Assembly: GCA_001643675.2 (NCBI GenBank)
Contig: LSRY02000050.1
Coordinates: 310,001 to 374,000 of the forward strand
Reading direction: 5' to 3'
DNA length: 64,000 nt
Source of the DNA: Monocercomonoides exilis PA203
Lineage: Eukaryota; Protista; Preaxostyla
Shown here: positions 48,645 to 61,049 of the stretch, one piece after another
Layout: every line of letters starts with the position of its first letter
Position numbering within the stretch: the first letter of the stretch is position 1
The notes under the pieces: model-generated
What the model was told of the DNA's origin: nothing
The model's input: only the letters and a program-made list of their open reading frames with translations
Database searches by the model: none
Position numbers and translations under genes: made by a program

Positions 48645-51212
48645 CTATCCCTGCAACTGTTTGTTCAAAGAAAAAATTTCCCGCCTTGTTCTTTCTGTTT
48701 CCTGAAATTCTTTCAATCTTAAAATGAAAAAGTCAGAATCGATTTTCTTGTTGATTTCGTGCCTTCTGATCAGCTTTTCTTGGTTTAAAATAGTTCTCTC
48801 ATTTTCATATAACTTCAGCTGGCATTCTATGTATGAATAAATAATTATCTGTGCTTTTGAATAGAAATGAAAGATAAGAAACAATATCGAATTTGAGGGG
48901 AGTTTATTGAAAGAGAAGGAGATGAAGATAGAGCAGATAGTGTAAGTGGAGAAAGTGAGACAGGAGCTGCAGGAAAAGCAGAAGATGGAAGTTTAGCTTG
49001 GGATTGTAGTGAAGGAGATAAAGATGTCCAGAGAGAAGGAGAAGATTTCTGTTGGATATTCAAAAACAATGAAGAATTAGCTTGTGAAGAAGAGCAGCGA
49101 GAAAGAGGATGAAGAGCAATGTTCACGTTTGAAGCAAGATCAGCAGCTGAATCAAAAGGTGCAACCAAATTGAGGGCAGGGCATTTCTGAATCAGATCCA
49201 TCGCCATTGAATTCTGCGATGTGAAGAAAGATGCCAACTTTGAGAACGAAAGCGAAGAAAACAGCTTCGACAGCGCATCTCTTCTCCCAGGCACACTGCT
49301 CTGACCGAATGTTCTAATCCCTTTCTCCTTCTGAAACAGCAGAGGTGATCCTTTCCCCGCTCCTTTCCTTCCATTTCTTTGTGTCACTTCTGCTTCCTCT
49401 TTGAACGGTCACCAGCCCCTCTACTTCATCCCTCTTCCTCTTCGCAGCTCCGCCCGGCTCTGCCTCAGCCCGCTTTTCAGTGCGCTCATCAGATCCAACC
49501 GCGTTCTTGTCTGCCTCGCGTCGACTGCTGCATACACAGGCACTTTCCGCATCTTCCCACAAATTGCCCATTTTCCTCGCTTTTGATACGCACATAACGG
49601 CAGGGCACATCCAATTCATCTCTCAAATCATCAAAGTCAGAATAAGCGAGGTCATTCAGCATGCTGTCCAATTTCCGCTCTCTTGTCAAAAATGGAGTTT
49701 GGCTTTCTTTCGCCTCTTGCTGCACCTCGCTTGTCATTTTGTTCTCCTTCTGGTTAATCGGCGTGCCAGTCTCACGGTGTGGCTGTAATATTCCTTGGAT
49801 GCTGCTAAACAGATTCTTGTCTTTTTCTTCTTTCTCAATTTTCCTGCGCTCCCGCTCTTCTTGCTCTTCTTTCTTCTTCCGTATTTCCTGCAGTTTTATC
49901 AGCCGAAGCAGGTTTTCTCTCTGATCATCAGATTACAATTAATAAAACGTGATCTTCGCTTCTTCATCGTCCACTTTCTCTTTCTCATTCTGAAACTCAT
50001 CTGGTATCGCCTTTGTCTCTTCTTTGTCCAAATCCTTCATCCCCATCACATTCAACATCACCACTCCTCCAACAACAACAACAACAGGTGACGGAAGCGT
50101 TGTTGATGCACCAATAGCTCCTCTCCCCGTCTCCATCCTCCGTCCATTCGCTTCCCTCGCGTAAAGTGTATCGTTCCAAAGGCGCATCTTCCTGAAGAAT
50201 ATTGTTTAGGCTGCGGAGAAGGTGATGGTGTTGTGTTCTGTTGCTGCTGTTTTTGCTGGGCTTGTGATGAAAGTGGCTCTTGTTTTGGCTCATCATTGTT
50301 CGTTTTGCCTTTTTTGTTGTTTTGAACAGACTCTTTTGTATTTGTAATCTTTTCTGCTTCCGTTTGATTATATTTGCTTTTGAAACAACTGCTTTGGGGT
50401 TGTTCGAATCATCATCATCTTCTTCCTCCTCCTCATCTTTCGTGCAATCTTCATCGCCTTCAACTTCTTCCTTGTTTCCATTTGCATTCACAGAATTATT
50501 CCATTCTTTCTCTTCTTTTCCGTCTTCTTTATCATCTCCTTCATTTTTAGCAGCATTCACACTCATTCCTGGTCTTTTTATTGATCGTCAATCGGTGCAG
50601 GAGAAATCAGCTTGTTTGGAATGAACATCAAAAGCACTTCATTCACAACAGAATCACGTTGAAGCTCAAGTGCCTGGTAATACTTTCGCATCAATCTCTT
50701 TTTTTCTCTCTGTTTGTGTCTCTTCTCTCTTCGCTGTTCTTCATCACTGATGACGGAACTGTCGGAAAGGTATTCATTTTCTTCATTTTTCTTTGTTTCC
50801 TTCAGAGAATTTCTTCTAATCAATGATAAACTCTCGCTTTCTTCTGTTTTAACTTTATTTTCATTTTCTTCATCATTGTTATCTCCATCATTTACAGGCT
50901 TCAATACCTTCCTCAACTTAATTTGTTCTCTTGTTCTTTTTTCCTCTATTCTCTTGTTCCTAACTTCTCTTTTTCGCTCTCTCTCTTTCTCTCTTCCTTT
51001 TCTCCAGATTCTTCGCATACCGCTCCACCATCTGAAACTCTGCAAACAGCGGAAGCGCCTCAAACATGTCCAGCTGTGGAACAAAATATTGTCTTTTCCT
51101 TCTTCATTTTAGCTGTCGCTTCATCCTTTTTATCTGCTGGTCTTCTTTTGTCAGGAATTTGTTTCGAAAAAATCGACGCGATGAGGAAAAGTTGAAGCAG
51201 AAGTTGAAGAAG

Positions 51213-51243
<31 letters not shown>

Positions 51244-52100
51244 TGCAGCAATCGCTTTATCAGCCCCATTTCCCTCTCTCAAATCACTCCCATTCTTGTC
51301 TCTCTTTCTGCTGTCTGCAATCGAGTCGAGCCAAACGGAGCCATAGGCAACACCTCCTCTTCGATCTCATACGTTCTCATAAACAGCATCTCATCCCTCT
51401 TTTCGCTTCTGTGTATTTCCGGAAACAGCTGGCCACACAACTGCAATGGCATTGTTTTGCATGTGCGAATCATCAGCAGCTTCTCGCAATGCGCCTGCGC
51501 ATTCATCTTGCTGTTCTCCAAACCTTGCAGCTGCTTTGCCACCTGCTTGAACATCAGCGTATGCTTCATCAGTCTCTCTCTCTCCCTCTCTCTTTCCTTC
51601 AATTTCCTTCTTGCTCTGTTGTGATTGTTCTCTGCAATGCGCAAAATCATCTCGAAAGCCAGTCAAATCTGCTCGCTTCCTCCTCCAGCTTCCCACCTCT
51701 CGCTCGACCTGATGCTTCTTTCCCTCCTCTTTCCCTTTCAAAATAGCACAAACCACAGTGGAACAGAAAGGTTGTGCAGTTGATGCTATTTCAAAACCTT
51801 TCTGGAGTTGACAGAGTACTTCGTCCATCGCTCGACACAGACGAAACATTCGAAATGGACAAGGGAGTGGAACAGGTGGCTGAACAGGCGGAGCAAGAAG
51901 ATGTTGTTTGAAAAGAACAGCAAAGATTTTTTATTGCAACTATCTTTCTTTGATAAGGTTCAAAGCCGAGCTCTATGGTTGAAATACGTTCAGCTCGAGG
52001 ACAGTAATGAATGGGAAGTGAGAATCTTGTTTGGGATTGGAAATTAACCAGAAAAAAACGAAAAAAGGAGTTGCTAATGCTGAAGTGAAAGAAATAAAAG
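48645..52100 (-). pseudogene. Fragmented minus-strand coding sequence of unknown function
   Basis: Chain of overlapping charged or Ser-rich minus-strand ORFs broken by stops and frameshifts. No domain recognised. Confidence 0.35.
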
Positions 52101-52169
52101 AAATGAAGAGGAAGAGGCAAAATTTAATGAAAAAGAAGGAGGAAGAGGCAAAGGAATATGATTTCTGGG

Positions 52170-54780
52170 TTAATTTTGAGATTTTCCATATGAAATTCTT
52201 TGGTTATTTAAGCGAGAAATGCGAGAAGGAGAAGGAGAGAGAGAAGAGGAGGAGGAGGACAAAGAGGAAGAGGAAGAAGCATTTAAAGATTCCACTTCAC
52301 ATCCATTCACAGAATTCTCTTCTTTCGAAAAGCTGTATCTGATCATCTTGCTTTTTTTATTAGAATCCTCTGGAACACTTATTGTCCATTCAACCTCTTG
52401 CTCCACATCACACAATTCTCTGATCCGCCCGATCTTCCCAACAACAAAGTACAACGACAAAAGCTGGCTGTACAAGTTCCTCCCTGCCGAAACAGCAGAA
52501 TGTTACATCTACAGCACCATCAGCAGAAAATACGTGTTTCTCCCCGCAGCTTTCAAGACAACCGCAGTCAGATAAGTCAACAGCTCAAGCACATCATAAC
52601 ACCAGCTGGTGATGTTTGCAACCAGCGCACGCACACTTTCCCTGTAAAACTCCACATCGCACTGACTTCTGCACAGCTCCCTTTGCCTCTCCTCCACCGC
52701 CTCCTGCACTCCAAACGCCCTGATCGTTGCCGCTCCTTCCACACACTGCTTGAAAAAGCTCCCTGAATCGCTTCGGACAGTAACCAACGATCGGTCAATG
52801 CGGCGCTTTGCTAGGGACGTTGAATGGCTGATCAGCGCCATCGCACTCGTTGCCAGCACAACAGGCAGCAGAAGCGCCGGGATCTCTGAATGTCTCGCCA
52901 CCAGTGCCAAGGGCAGCTTCGCGAGGGAGGAGGCAGTGGCAGTGAAGGAGTGGAGCACGCTGTAGCTGATGGGGTTCACTGCATTCAGCTTTCTGTACAA
53001 CATGCTGGCGGGTGTGGTGTCGAAGAAGCGCATCGGCGCGTGGAAGAGCTTTGTGTACATGTCTGTCTTGATGGCATGGGCAGACTGCTGCTGAAAGTGG
53101 TTGCTCAGCAGACGCACAGGAATCTTGCTGAATGAAGAGAAGAGACTCGTGGCAATGTAGAGGAAGAACAAGAAGCCTGATGAAAGATTGAAGCGGCTCA
53201 GAAAGGAGAACAGAAACGTTTGCTTCTTCTGTTTCTTCTGCTTTTTGTGTTTGAAGGCGTTTTTATGAGGTGAATGTTTGGATGCTCTTGCTTTGGAATT
53301 GCCACTATTTTTGTGATTGTTTTCTTGAGATGACGGTGGTGGTGATGATAAAACTGAATCATTCAATGAAGATTCATTCAATGTTTGGTTCAAAATTAAT
53401 TTTTCTTTTCTTCTCCTCCTCCCCTCTCTTTTCTCCTCCAAGTCCATTGAGTGTCCTGTTCATATGGTCCATCTGTGCATCCTTCGCAGTCCACGTGTTG
53501 AGCACAGTGCTCTTCCCTTTCTGAGCAACGTTGCTCAGCACAATCTCCAGCAGCGCCAAGAACAGCAGGAAAAACGATGCATGCTTGAAATACCACAAAA
53601 CAGAGGAGAGAGATACAGAATCAGCCTCCATGTCAATGGACTCCTTCAGATGCCCCAGTTCAGAGGGAGAAGGAGAAGGAGAGGAGGAAGAGGAAGAGGA
53701 AGAAGAGGATGGAGAAGGAGAAAGAGAAATAGGAGTTTGAATGATTGAAGAAGAAGAAGAAGATAATAGTGAAGGTGAATGTGAAATGGGTGAAATGCAT
53801 GGAGACGGTGAAGTGTTTGAATGAGTTAAGTTGAATGGAGAAGAAGAAGAAGATGATGATGATGGAGAAGGAATGTCATTTGCATCTTTAATCTTCTTCT
53901 CACAATTGTTTTCGAAATTATCTCCCAATATTTCTCTTTCTTTTCACTTCTTCCTCTTCTTCCTCTTCTCCTCCTCCTTTCCTTCCTTCCTTCTTTTCCT
54001 TCACCATCATCACCATCTCCTTCACAATCCCCTTAAACTCCTCCGCCACGCCTATCTTTCTGATCCTCCCATACTCCTCCATCGCGATGGCTGTGTCAAA
54101 ATAAGGCAGATATTTCGCGTGATGTGTTGCCAACAGCACAGCCTTCCCTTTCAGTAGCTGGCTGATACACTTTGCGACCAGTGCTTGTCCTATATGAGCA
54201 TCGGCACTCGCCAAAATGTTATCCAACGCAAACACCTCAGCCGATGAATAGACCGCCCTTGCCAGAGCTATCCTCATTCGCTGCCCGCCCGACAGGTTGT
54301 ATCCTCTTTTGCCCACTTCTGCTTCGTCTCCGCCAGGAACAATGGCCAAGTTTTGTTCCAGACAACATGCTTGAATGACACAAGTGTAGCGGACGGGGTC
54401 GAAGGAAGTGTGGAAGAGGATGTTGGATTCGATGGTATCGTTGAAGATGAAGGGAATCTGTGATTGAAATGATGGAGGAACAGATTTGTGATGTATATTA
54501 GAAGGAGAATAAAAAACTTAAATATAATCAGAAAAAGAAATGATAAATATAATGATTATAAGAGATAAAGTTATTAAAATAATAATTATAAATAATAAAT
54601 AATTTTCTTTTATTCTTTCTAACTTACACACCTGGTACACATAAGCCATCTTTCCCCTCAAATAACCTTTCCATTCCAAACAAACTGTTTCTCCCAGAAT
54701 CAACACAAGCAGTGCTGATTTGCCATAGCCAACAGGGCCGAAGAGGATTGTGTGGGAATGTCTTGAAAGAGAGATGAGGA
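52170..54780 (-). pseudogene. Truncated, frameshifted ABCC/MRP-type ABC transporter (NBD1 plus TMD2 part)
   Basis: Walker A GPVGYGKS (~54740), an intron, then PFIFNDTIESNILF, signature NLSGGQRMRIALARAVY and Walker B VFALDNIL. TMD2 motifs APMRFFDTTP and EGAATIRAFG. Frameshifts near 53920 and 53400; no TMD1 or NBD2 seen. Confidence 0.8.
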
Positions 54781-55798
54781 TGGAGGTGAAATAGATGAAG
54801 AAAAAGACAAAATATGCTTATTTTCGAATAAGTTGAGAAAACATTATCTTCTGTTGCTTCTAACGCGAAGCTGCGAAGGAGAGAACAGCATTGTTTATGT
54901 CAAATGGAAGAGTAGTGAATTGGGCGTATCTTTTGAAGAACACAACAGAAGAAGAAGTAGTAAATTACAATATGAATTATATCTTATGCAATTTCCTCAA
55001 TAAACGAAGTTTTTCATAAGATAATCAAATTTTATTTTTCTTGTTATAAACCCATTTCAAATTTCGAATTTTTTGTTGATCTGCAATTTGCAGAAATGAT
55101 AATTTTTTGACTGTAAATGGTACAAATGATATAAAGAAGAGATAAATATACGCAAAAACGATTTCTGCAAATTTCCAAGTAATTAAAGTCTTTCATTGAT
55201 CAATAAGATCAAATCGAACAATTTTCAGAAAGAATAATTTTCGAAACATTTTTAATATAAATATTCTTAATTTATTAATTTCAATCGATGCAATAAATTT
55301 TCATTGTTAATAATTTATCATCATTAAAAAAAATTTTTTTTGCAAAAACTTATCATTTACCAAAAAAAAAATTATTAAAAAATAATCCTATTTCAACTTA
55401 AATCATTTTTTTTTATAAACACAAAAATAACTATTATATTAATTTAAATTTTGATTGAGACAGTAATGCTGATTTTTTGTATTATAAATGACATTTTTAA
55501 TATTTTTTTAGAAATTCAAATTTTGTTGTTTGATGATTTTTTTTTTTTTTGATAAAGTCCAAAAGGAGTTGAGATTCATGTCAATTTTGACTCTTCAATA
55601 ATTTTTGGAAGGATAATTTTAAAAAAGAATAATTAATTCTCTCCAACTCTTTAAATATTCGATTTGTCAATTTTTCTTGTGGTCAATTCAAAGCCCTTTC
55701 ATTATAAAAGAATTAAGAAAAATGTTTCATATATTTGAGCAAAAGCATATATATTTATTTTATCATCTAACCATAATAAAAATACTTTCAAAACAAAA

Positions 55799-58700
55799 AT
55801 GTTTTTATCAAAACCTCAATCAACTCTTAATTCAAGATGCAAAGTTTTATGGAATGAAATAAAACGCATCGGCGGAAATGACGTGGATTCGTTGCTTGCC
55901 TATTTGTTTTACACTTACAGGCAATCATCTTCAGTTATTAACGATTTGCTGAAGTCATTGAACGGTTTGATTTTTATTTTGACGAGTTTTATATAGAAAA
56001 TTTCATGAACTGTCATCCTTGTCATTTTCTTATTTTTTTGTTTATTATTTATTTTTTTTCAAACAGAATATCACATAAAGCTGCTGGAAGACTTGTCTGT
56101 GGTGTATAACAACGCTCCGTTGCACACTCAGACAACAATGCTTCAAGCGCTGTCACGCAACACATCATTTTCCGATTTACAGGACTATGGATATGATGTC
56201 ACAGAAGGAAAATTTATTTACGCGAAGCAAACGCTCAAAAAGAACCAAGGATTTATCATTCAGCCTCAAAAACCTCATCTTCCGTCTTGCAAAAGTGGTT
56301 TGTGTTTATTAAATTTTTTTGTGTGATTTTCTCTGTTTATTTTAGGCTTAAATGAACAGGACTGGGAAAAGGGCAACAACTGGATGTTAGCCCATTCAAC
56401 TGAAGCCTCAACTTCGCTTCAGTCAGCAAAGAAAAAGCAGCGAGCTGAGCCAGATTACGCCAGATTTATTGATGAAGATGCATGGGAAAATGATATTGTT
56501 ACAGAAAACTCTTCTTCAAATAAAAAACAATCTTCTTTATCTTCAACATCATCTCAACAAAACAAAAAATCTGATACCATTTCACATGAAAATTCTTCTT
56601 CAACAAATTCTTCTCCATCTCAAGCCGTTGATGCCCCAATCAGCACTCCAATTAGGAGAGAAAAGGGTTCAACAAAAAGAAAAACAAATAAAAGCCCACA
56701 CAAACGTCATTCGTCACCTTCTCCAATTCCAATTTACAAATTCTTCAAAACAAAAAAATCATCAACATCTTCCTCATCTTCCTCATCTTCCTCCTCATCC
56801 TCATCCTCCTCATCCTCCTCATCCTCCTCATCATCCTCTTCATCCTCCTCCTCATCATCATCATCCTCCTCCTCGTCCTCCTCATCTTCCAAAAAGCAAC
56901 AAAATGCAACAACAAACACTTCTTCCTTCAGCAACAATGACGTGTGGGTGAGTGATCAATTAATTGAATATGCCACTTCACCGACTCTTATTCCACCACA
57001 AGCATTTCAAAATCTTTTTTCATCGTTTTCAAAAGAGAACAACACTTATTCGTATCAACATAACACACCAGCCGATGAGAATGTTATTTCACATCATGAT
57101 AAAACTGCACAGATCACGATGAATAACAATCAAACAGATTTTCCTCATTCAAATTCTTCTCCTTCTTCATCGACCTCTTCAAAAATAATATCATCAAATT
57201 CTTCTTCATCAACATCAATAAAAGGATTAATCAATTTAGGAAACACATGCTATCTTGCATCTCTTCTTCAATGCTTCTCTTCGATAACATCTCAAAAACC
57301 ATTCTTATTTAAAAAGCAAACAGCAATAAAAACAATGTCTTCTCGTGTTTTGAGTGTTTGTCAGCAACTTGCCAAAGATGGTTCATCAGTGCGTTCGTGG
57401 GTCCCATCACTGATCAACAAATGGGAAACATTTTGCGGATACAGCAGCAGGCAGCAACAGAATGTGATTGAAGCATTTGACAATCTTCATCAACTTCTTC
57501 ATAACGATAAAATGATTGAAAAGGATACTTTTAATCCTGTTCTTATCACTCATCTCAAATGTCAAAAATGTCAAAAAATTTCATCACATTTCAACGAAGC
57601 TTGTTGCAATATTGTCATCAATACATCATCACCTCACAAAGGTTTATCTTCACTTTTTGCAACAGAAATATTGGATGGAAAGAATAACGTTTATTGCGAT
57701 GAATGCAAAGATAAATGCTGTGCTGCTCGATGGGAGGAAATGGCTGCATTTCCAGAGGTGCTAGCCCTCTGTCACGAATGCACTGAAACTGCTTGCTCTG
57801 CACCTACAAAAACCTTCGTCATGGAGACCGATAGAGTGAATCAGCGCTCGTTTTGCAAAGGGTTTTCAAATAATAATTTTCCTCATCTCCTGGAGAACAA
57901 TAAAGAAGTGTATTTTTATCATTTTGTTGGGCAGATTCTTCATAAACAATTGGATCAAAGAAGTGGCCATTATATCGCTGTCATCAAAAGAAATAGAGGA
58001 AACGATGTCTCATGGAATATTTGCAACGATGCTGATGTGACAGAACTGAACATCGAAAATTGGACAAAGGCATGGAAGGATCTTTACGAACAAGGTTACA
58101 CTCCATCACTCTCATTCTATGCCAAAGAAAAAACAAAACCAACGTTTTCAACTATTCAATTTGGGGGTTCCTCCTCTTCTTCAGAAACATCTAATAACAA
58201 CACTTTAAATAATACATCAACAACAACAACATCATCATCATCGTCTCCATTCATCACTCCACCACATCGAACCACTTCCATTCCACAACTATCATCATCA
58301 ATCACAACTGACTATGGATTGGAAGCACTAAAAGATAGAAGAAAGAAAACGGGCATCTTTTCTCCCAATGAAAAGAGATTAATCTTCAAGCCCAAAACGA
58401 AACTGTGGAGTGAGTTTACTGAAGAAACAAAAATCAAAGTTTCTCTTTCCCACTTCTACAAACTCACTACCAACTTCTCCAAAGCGAAAAGACGAACGGA
58501 TCTCTGCGGCATGTGTGAGAAGTTGGACTATCTCGAGAACAAACTTAAATCTTCTCAAAACAAAAATGGACTTTCTTCTGCCGAGTTTCACACCCTGAAA
58601 CTACTTCGTCAACATCGTCTTGTTGCAGAAATGCAACGGAAACATTATCAATCAACTGTTGACAATCTGAAAGAGGGAGAAGCAGTCTTCGTCTTCGACT

Positions 58701-59614
58701 TTAAAGAAAAATGGAAACTCCCCATCAGAAAAAATCAACTTCAACAAGAATTCTTTAATTACCAACAAGTTTCTCAATTCACAATCATCTCTCTTCAAAA
58801 AATTAATAATCAACAAATAAAAAGAACTTTCAACTTCTTCTCCGACTGCCTTTCAAATGATCACAGATTTGTTATTGAGTGTCTGGAATCTGTGATCAAA
58901 AGACACTTCTTCTCAGACACTCACACTTTTAAGTTCTTCTGCGATTCGGGCCCACACAACCGAAATCGCTTCCTTCTTCATTTCATCCTCTCCAAACAAT
59001 CGAAACTTCTTAAAAAGAAAAACACTCAACTCAACTTCTTCGCTGAGCATCATGGAAAAAATATCTGTGATAGTGAATTTGGTGCGTTAGTGAATGCAAT
59101 CGACAACAATCTATCTACTGAACACATCACCACACTTCATGATTTGATCAACTTCTTCGAAAACAATATGAACACTTCGACATCAGCTTCTTCAACTTCA
59201 CAATCAAACATTTTCTCAACATCATCATCTAACTTTTCACCATCTTCAACATCTGTCAATAACTTTGAGCATGAGAGGTACTTTGAAGAATATGTACCAT
59301 CTCAGCAAATTTCATGGCCATCTCTGTCAGTCCCTCACATGAAGGACTACTTGTATTTTGAGCGCAAAGGCTCATTTGTCTGTGCTTCAGCTGTTGGATA
59401 TCTTCCTCAACGCTCTCTGGTTGCCCTCGAATCTTCGACAATGAAAGAAAAAGTCCAAAGATCAAGAAAGTCATTTCACTCTGATATCACATCATCTAAC
59501 TCTTCTCTTCTTTCTCAATCTTCTCAAGATCTTCTTTCAAGGAGATTTGAGCTTCTTCTCGACTCTTCTTCTTTTAATGAATCTCAAAATTGTTCTTTTG
59601 GTGTCCCCTATTAA
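55799..59614 (+). CDS. Sola-like DDD transposase containing an in-frame USP (peptidase C19) deubiquitinase domain; 3 exons (55799-55964, 56067-56297, 56346-59614), ~1221 aa
   Basis: Two phase-1 GT-AG introns join three ORFs in frame. USP Cys box GLINLGNTCYLASLLQCF (57224), CxxC pairs, His box SGHYIAVIK...WNICNDADV. Transposase motifs SLSHFYKL, TDLCGMCE, VFDFKEK, FFCDSGPH, NFFAEHHGKNICDSEFG. Confidence 0.82.
56760..56890 (+). repeat. (TCC/TCA/TCT)n tract encoding a ~43-residue poly-Ser linker
   Basis: Directly visible, upstream of the USP domain. Confidence 0.9.
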
Positions 59615-61049
59615 GAAACTAGTTGTTGTGTATGCTTAGCTGGCACTCTATCGGAAGGGTGCTGGACATGACTGTTCGTATTAGATATTGCAGCCTTCGG
59701 GCTGCTTTATCCGGACCTGGATACGACGAACAGCCTCCCAGGTGCACAATAGTTAGAATCCGATTGTTTTCTTGCGGTTTTTGTCCCTATAATGTCCCTA
59801 TTAATAAATTGGTTATTGTCCCACTTATTCATGTATATATCGAGATTCATTAATAGATAGAGTTGTGAAGGAATTCATTGATCTTTGAGTGAGGTTTTTG
59901 GAAGGGAGAGTTGTTGAGAGTGTGAAATGTTGTTTTATCATTGTGTCTGTCTTTTTTCTTTGTTGGATTTGATCTTTTTGAGTCAAAGAGAGAGAAATAT
60001 CAGAAAGGGGTGAGTGGATGGAAAACTGAGGGAAAATAGACAAGTTAGTTTTTGAACTTTTTATATAAGTATTCTTTTTTGTTTGGAATAGTCATTGATA
60101 CCATGAATTTGTTGTAGTAGTACTGTTTTTTCTTATATCTTTTATTGTTCAAAATTGTTGACATTCAGTTGACATTTGGTGATTGTTTTATGATCAAGTA
60201 ATAGAATTATGTTTTTTTGAAAGTTATTGAATCTGATTAGAAAATTTCTGACTGTTTTCAATTTTTTCAATGGTCAATATCATGAAGTCCTTTTTGTTTA
60301 TTTATGTCATTTTGATTGTTGAACAATTGTTATTTTTTTACGCATTTTTTTTTTCATTTCACTGATATTTTTTCCATTTTGAAGAAAACTCAAATTCGAA
60401 TATACAATCATTTTCTCCTTGAAATCAATTTCAGTTTTTTCCGTATTACTAAAATTAACGTTAAAAGCAACATATATTTATTTAAAAGAAATAAATTTTT
60501 TCAAACAGATCAACAAAAAATTTTTTGCATTAAAAAAAGATCTCAATGATCATGAAAACTTTTTTATAACGTGGAAATTTGCAGAAATGGTTATGGACCT
60601 CATGAAACACTTCAACAACATATTAATATTATCTAGGTGTATAAAAAAAGCATTTCTGCAAATTGCAGATCAATAAAAAAATTGAAAATTGAAATGGGAT
60701 TTCAATGAAGAAAAATGTTTGAAATTTCGTGTTGATACTTAATTTTCGGAATTTTTCTTAATTTGCCAAAGATTCAATTATACATTTTTGAATATTTCTT
60801 TCGCTTTTCTTTGTGGAGATTATGTGGCTCTTTCTCGACTGAAGTCATAGTTGAATTTTGTTGTTTCCCGTTTCTTATGGAGAGAAGCAAATTATTCTAT
60901 GTTTGTCCTTCAAGGCATTTTGTTTGTTTATTTATTTTTTAATTTTAATTTTATTTCCAAGTCTTTTATTTTCTTCTTCTTCTGCCTCATTGAATGTTGG
61001 TTTTCCAGCTGCATCTTTCCCGATTTCAAGTGATCAAACCAAGAATCCC

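Larger units (their letters stand above)
55030..60720 (+). mobile_element. Sola-like DNA transposon bounded by long imperfect inverted repeats; exact termini unresolved (may extend to ~54941/60815)
   Basis: 55051-55210 is the inverted counterpart of 60539-60698 in exact register (CCCATTTCAA / TTGAAATGGG; TTGATCTGCAATTTGCAGAAATG; ATTTCTGCAAATTTCCA; coordinate sum 115749). The repeats enclose a single transposase-like gene. Confidence 0.75.

Noticed and set aside
55047-60702. piggyBac assignment from CCC...GGG
   Set aside because: No TTAA flanks, the inverted similarity continues outward, and the transposase motifs are not piggyBac-like.
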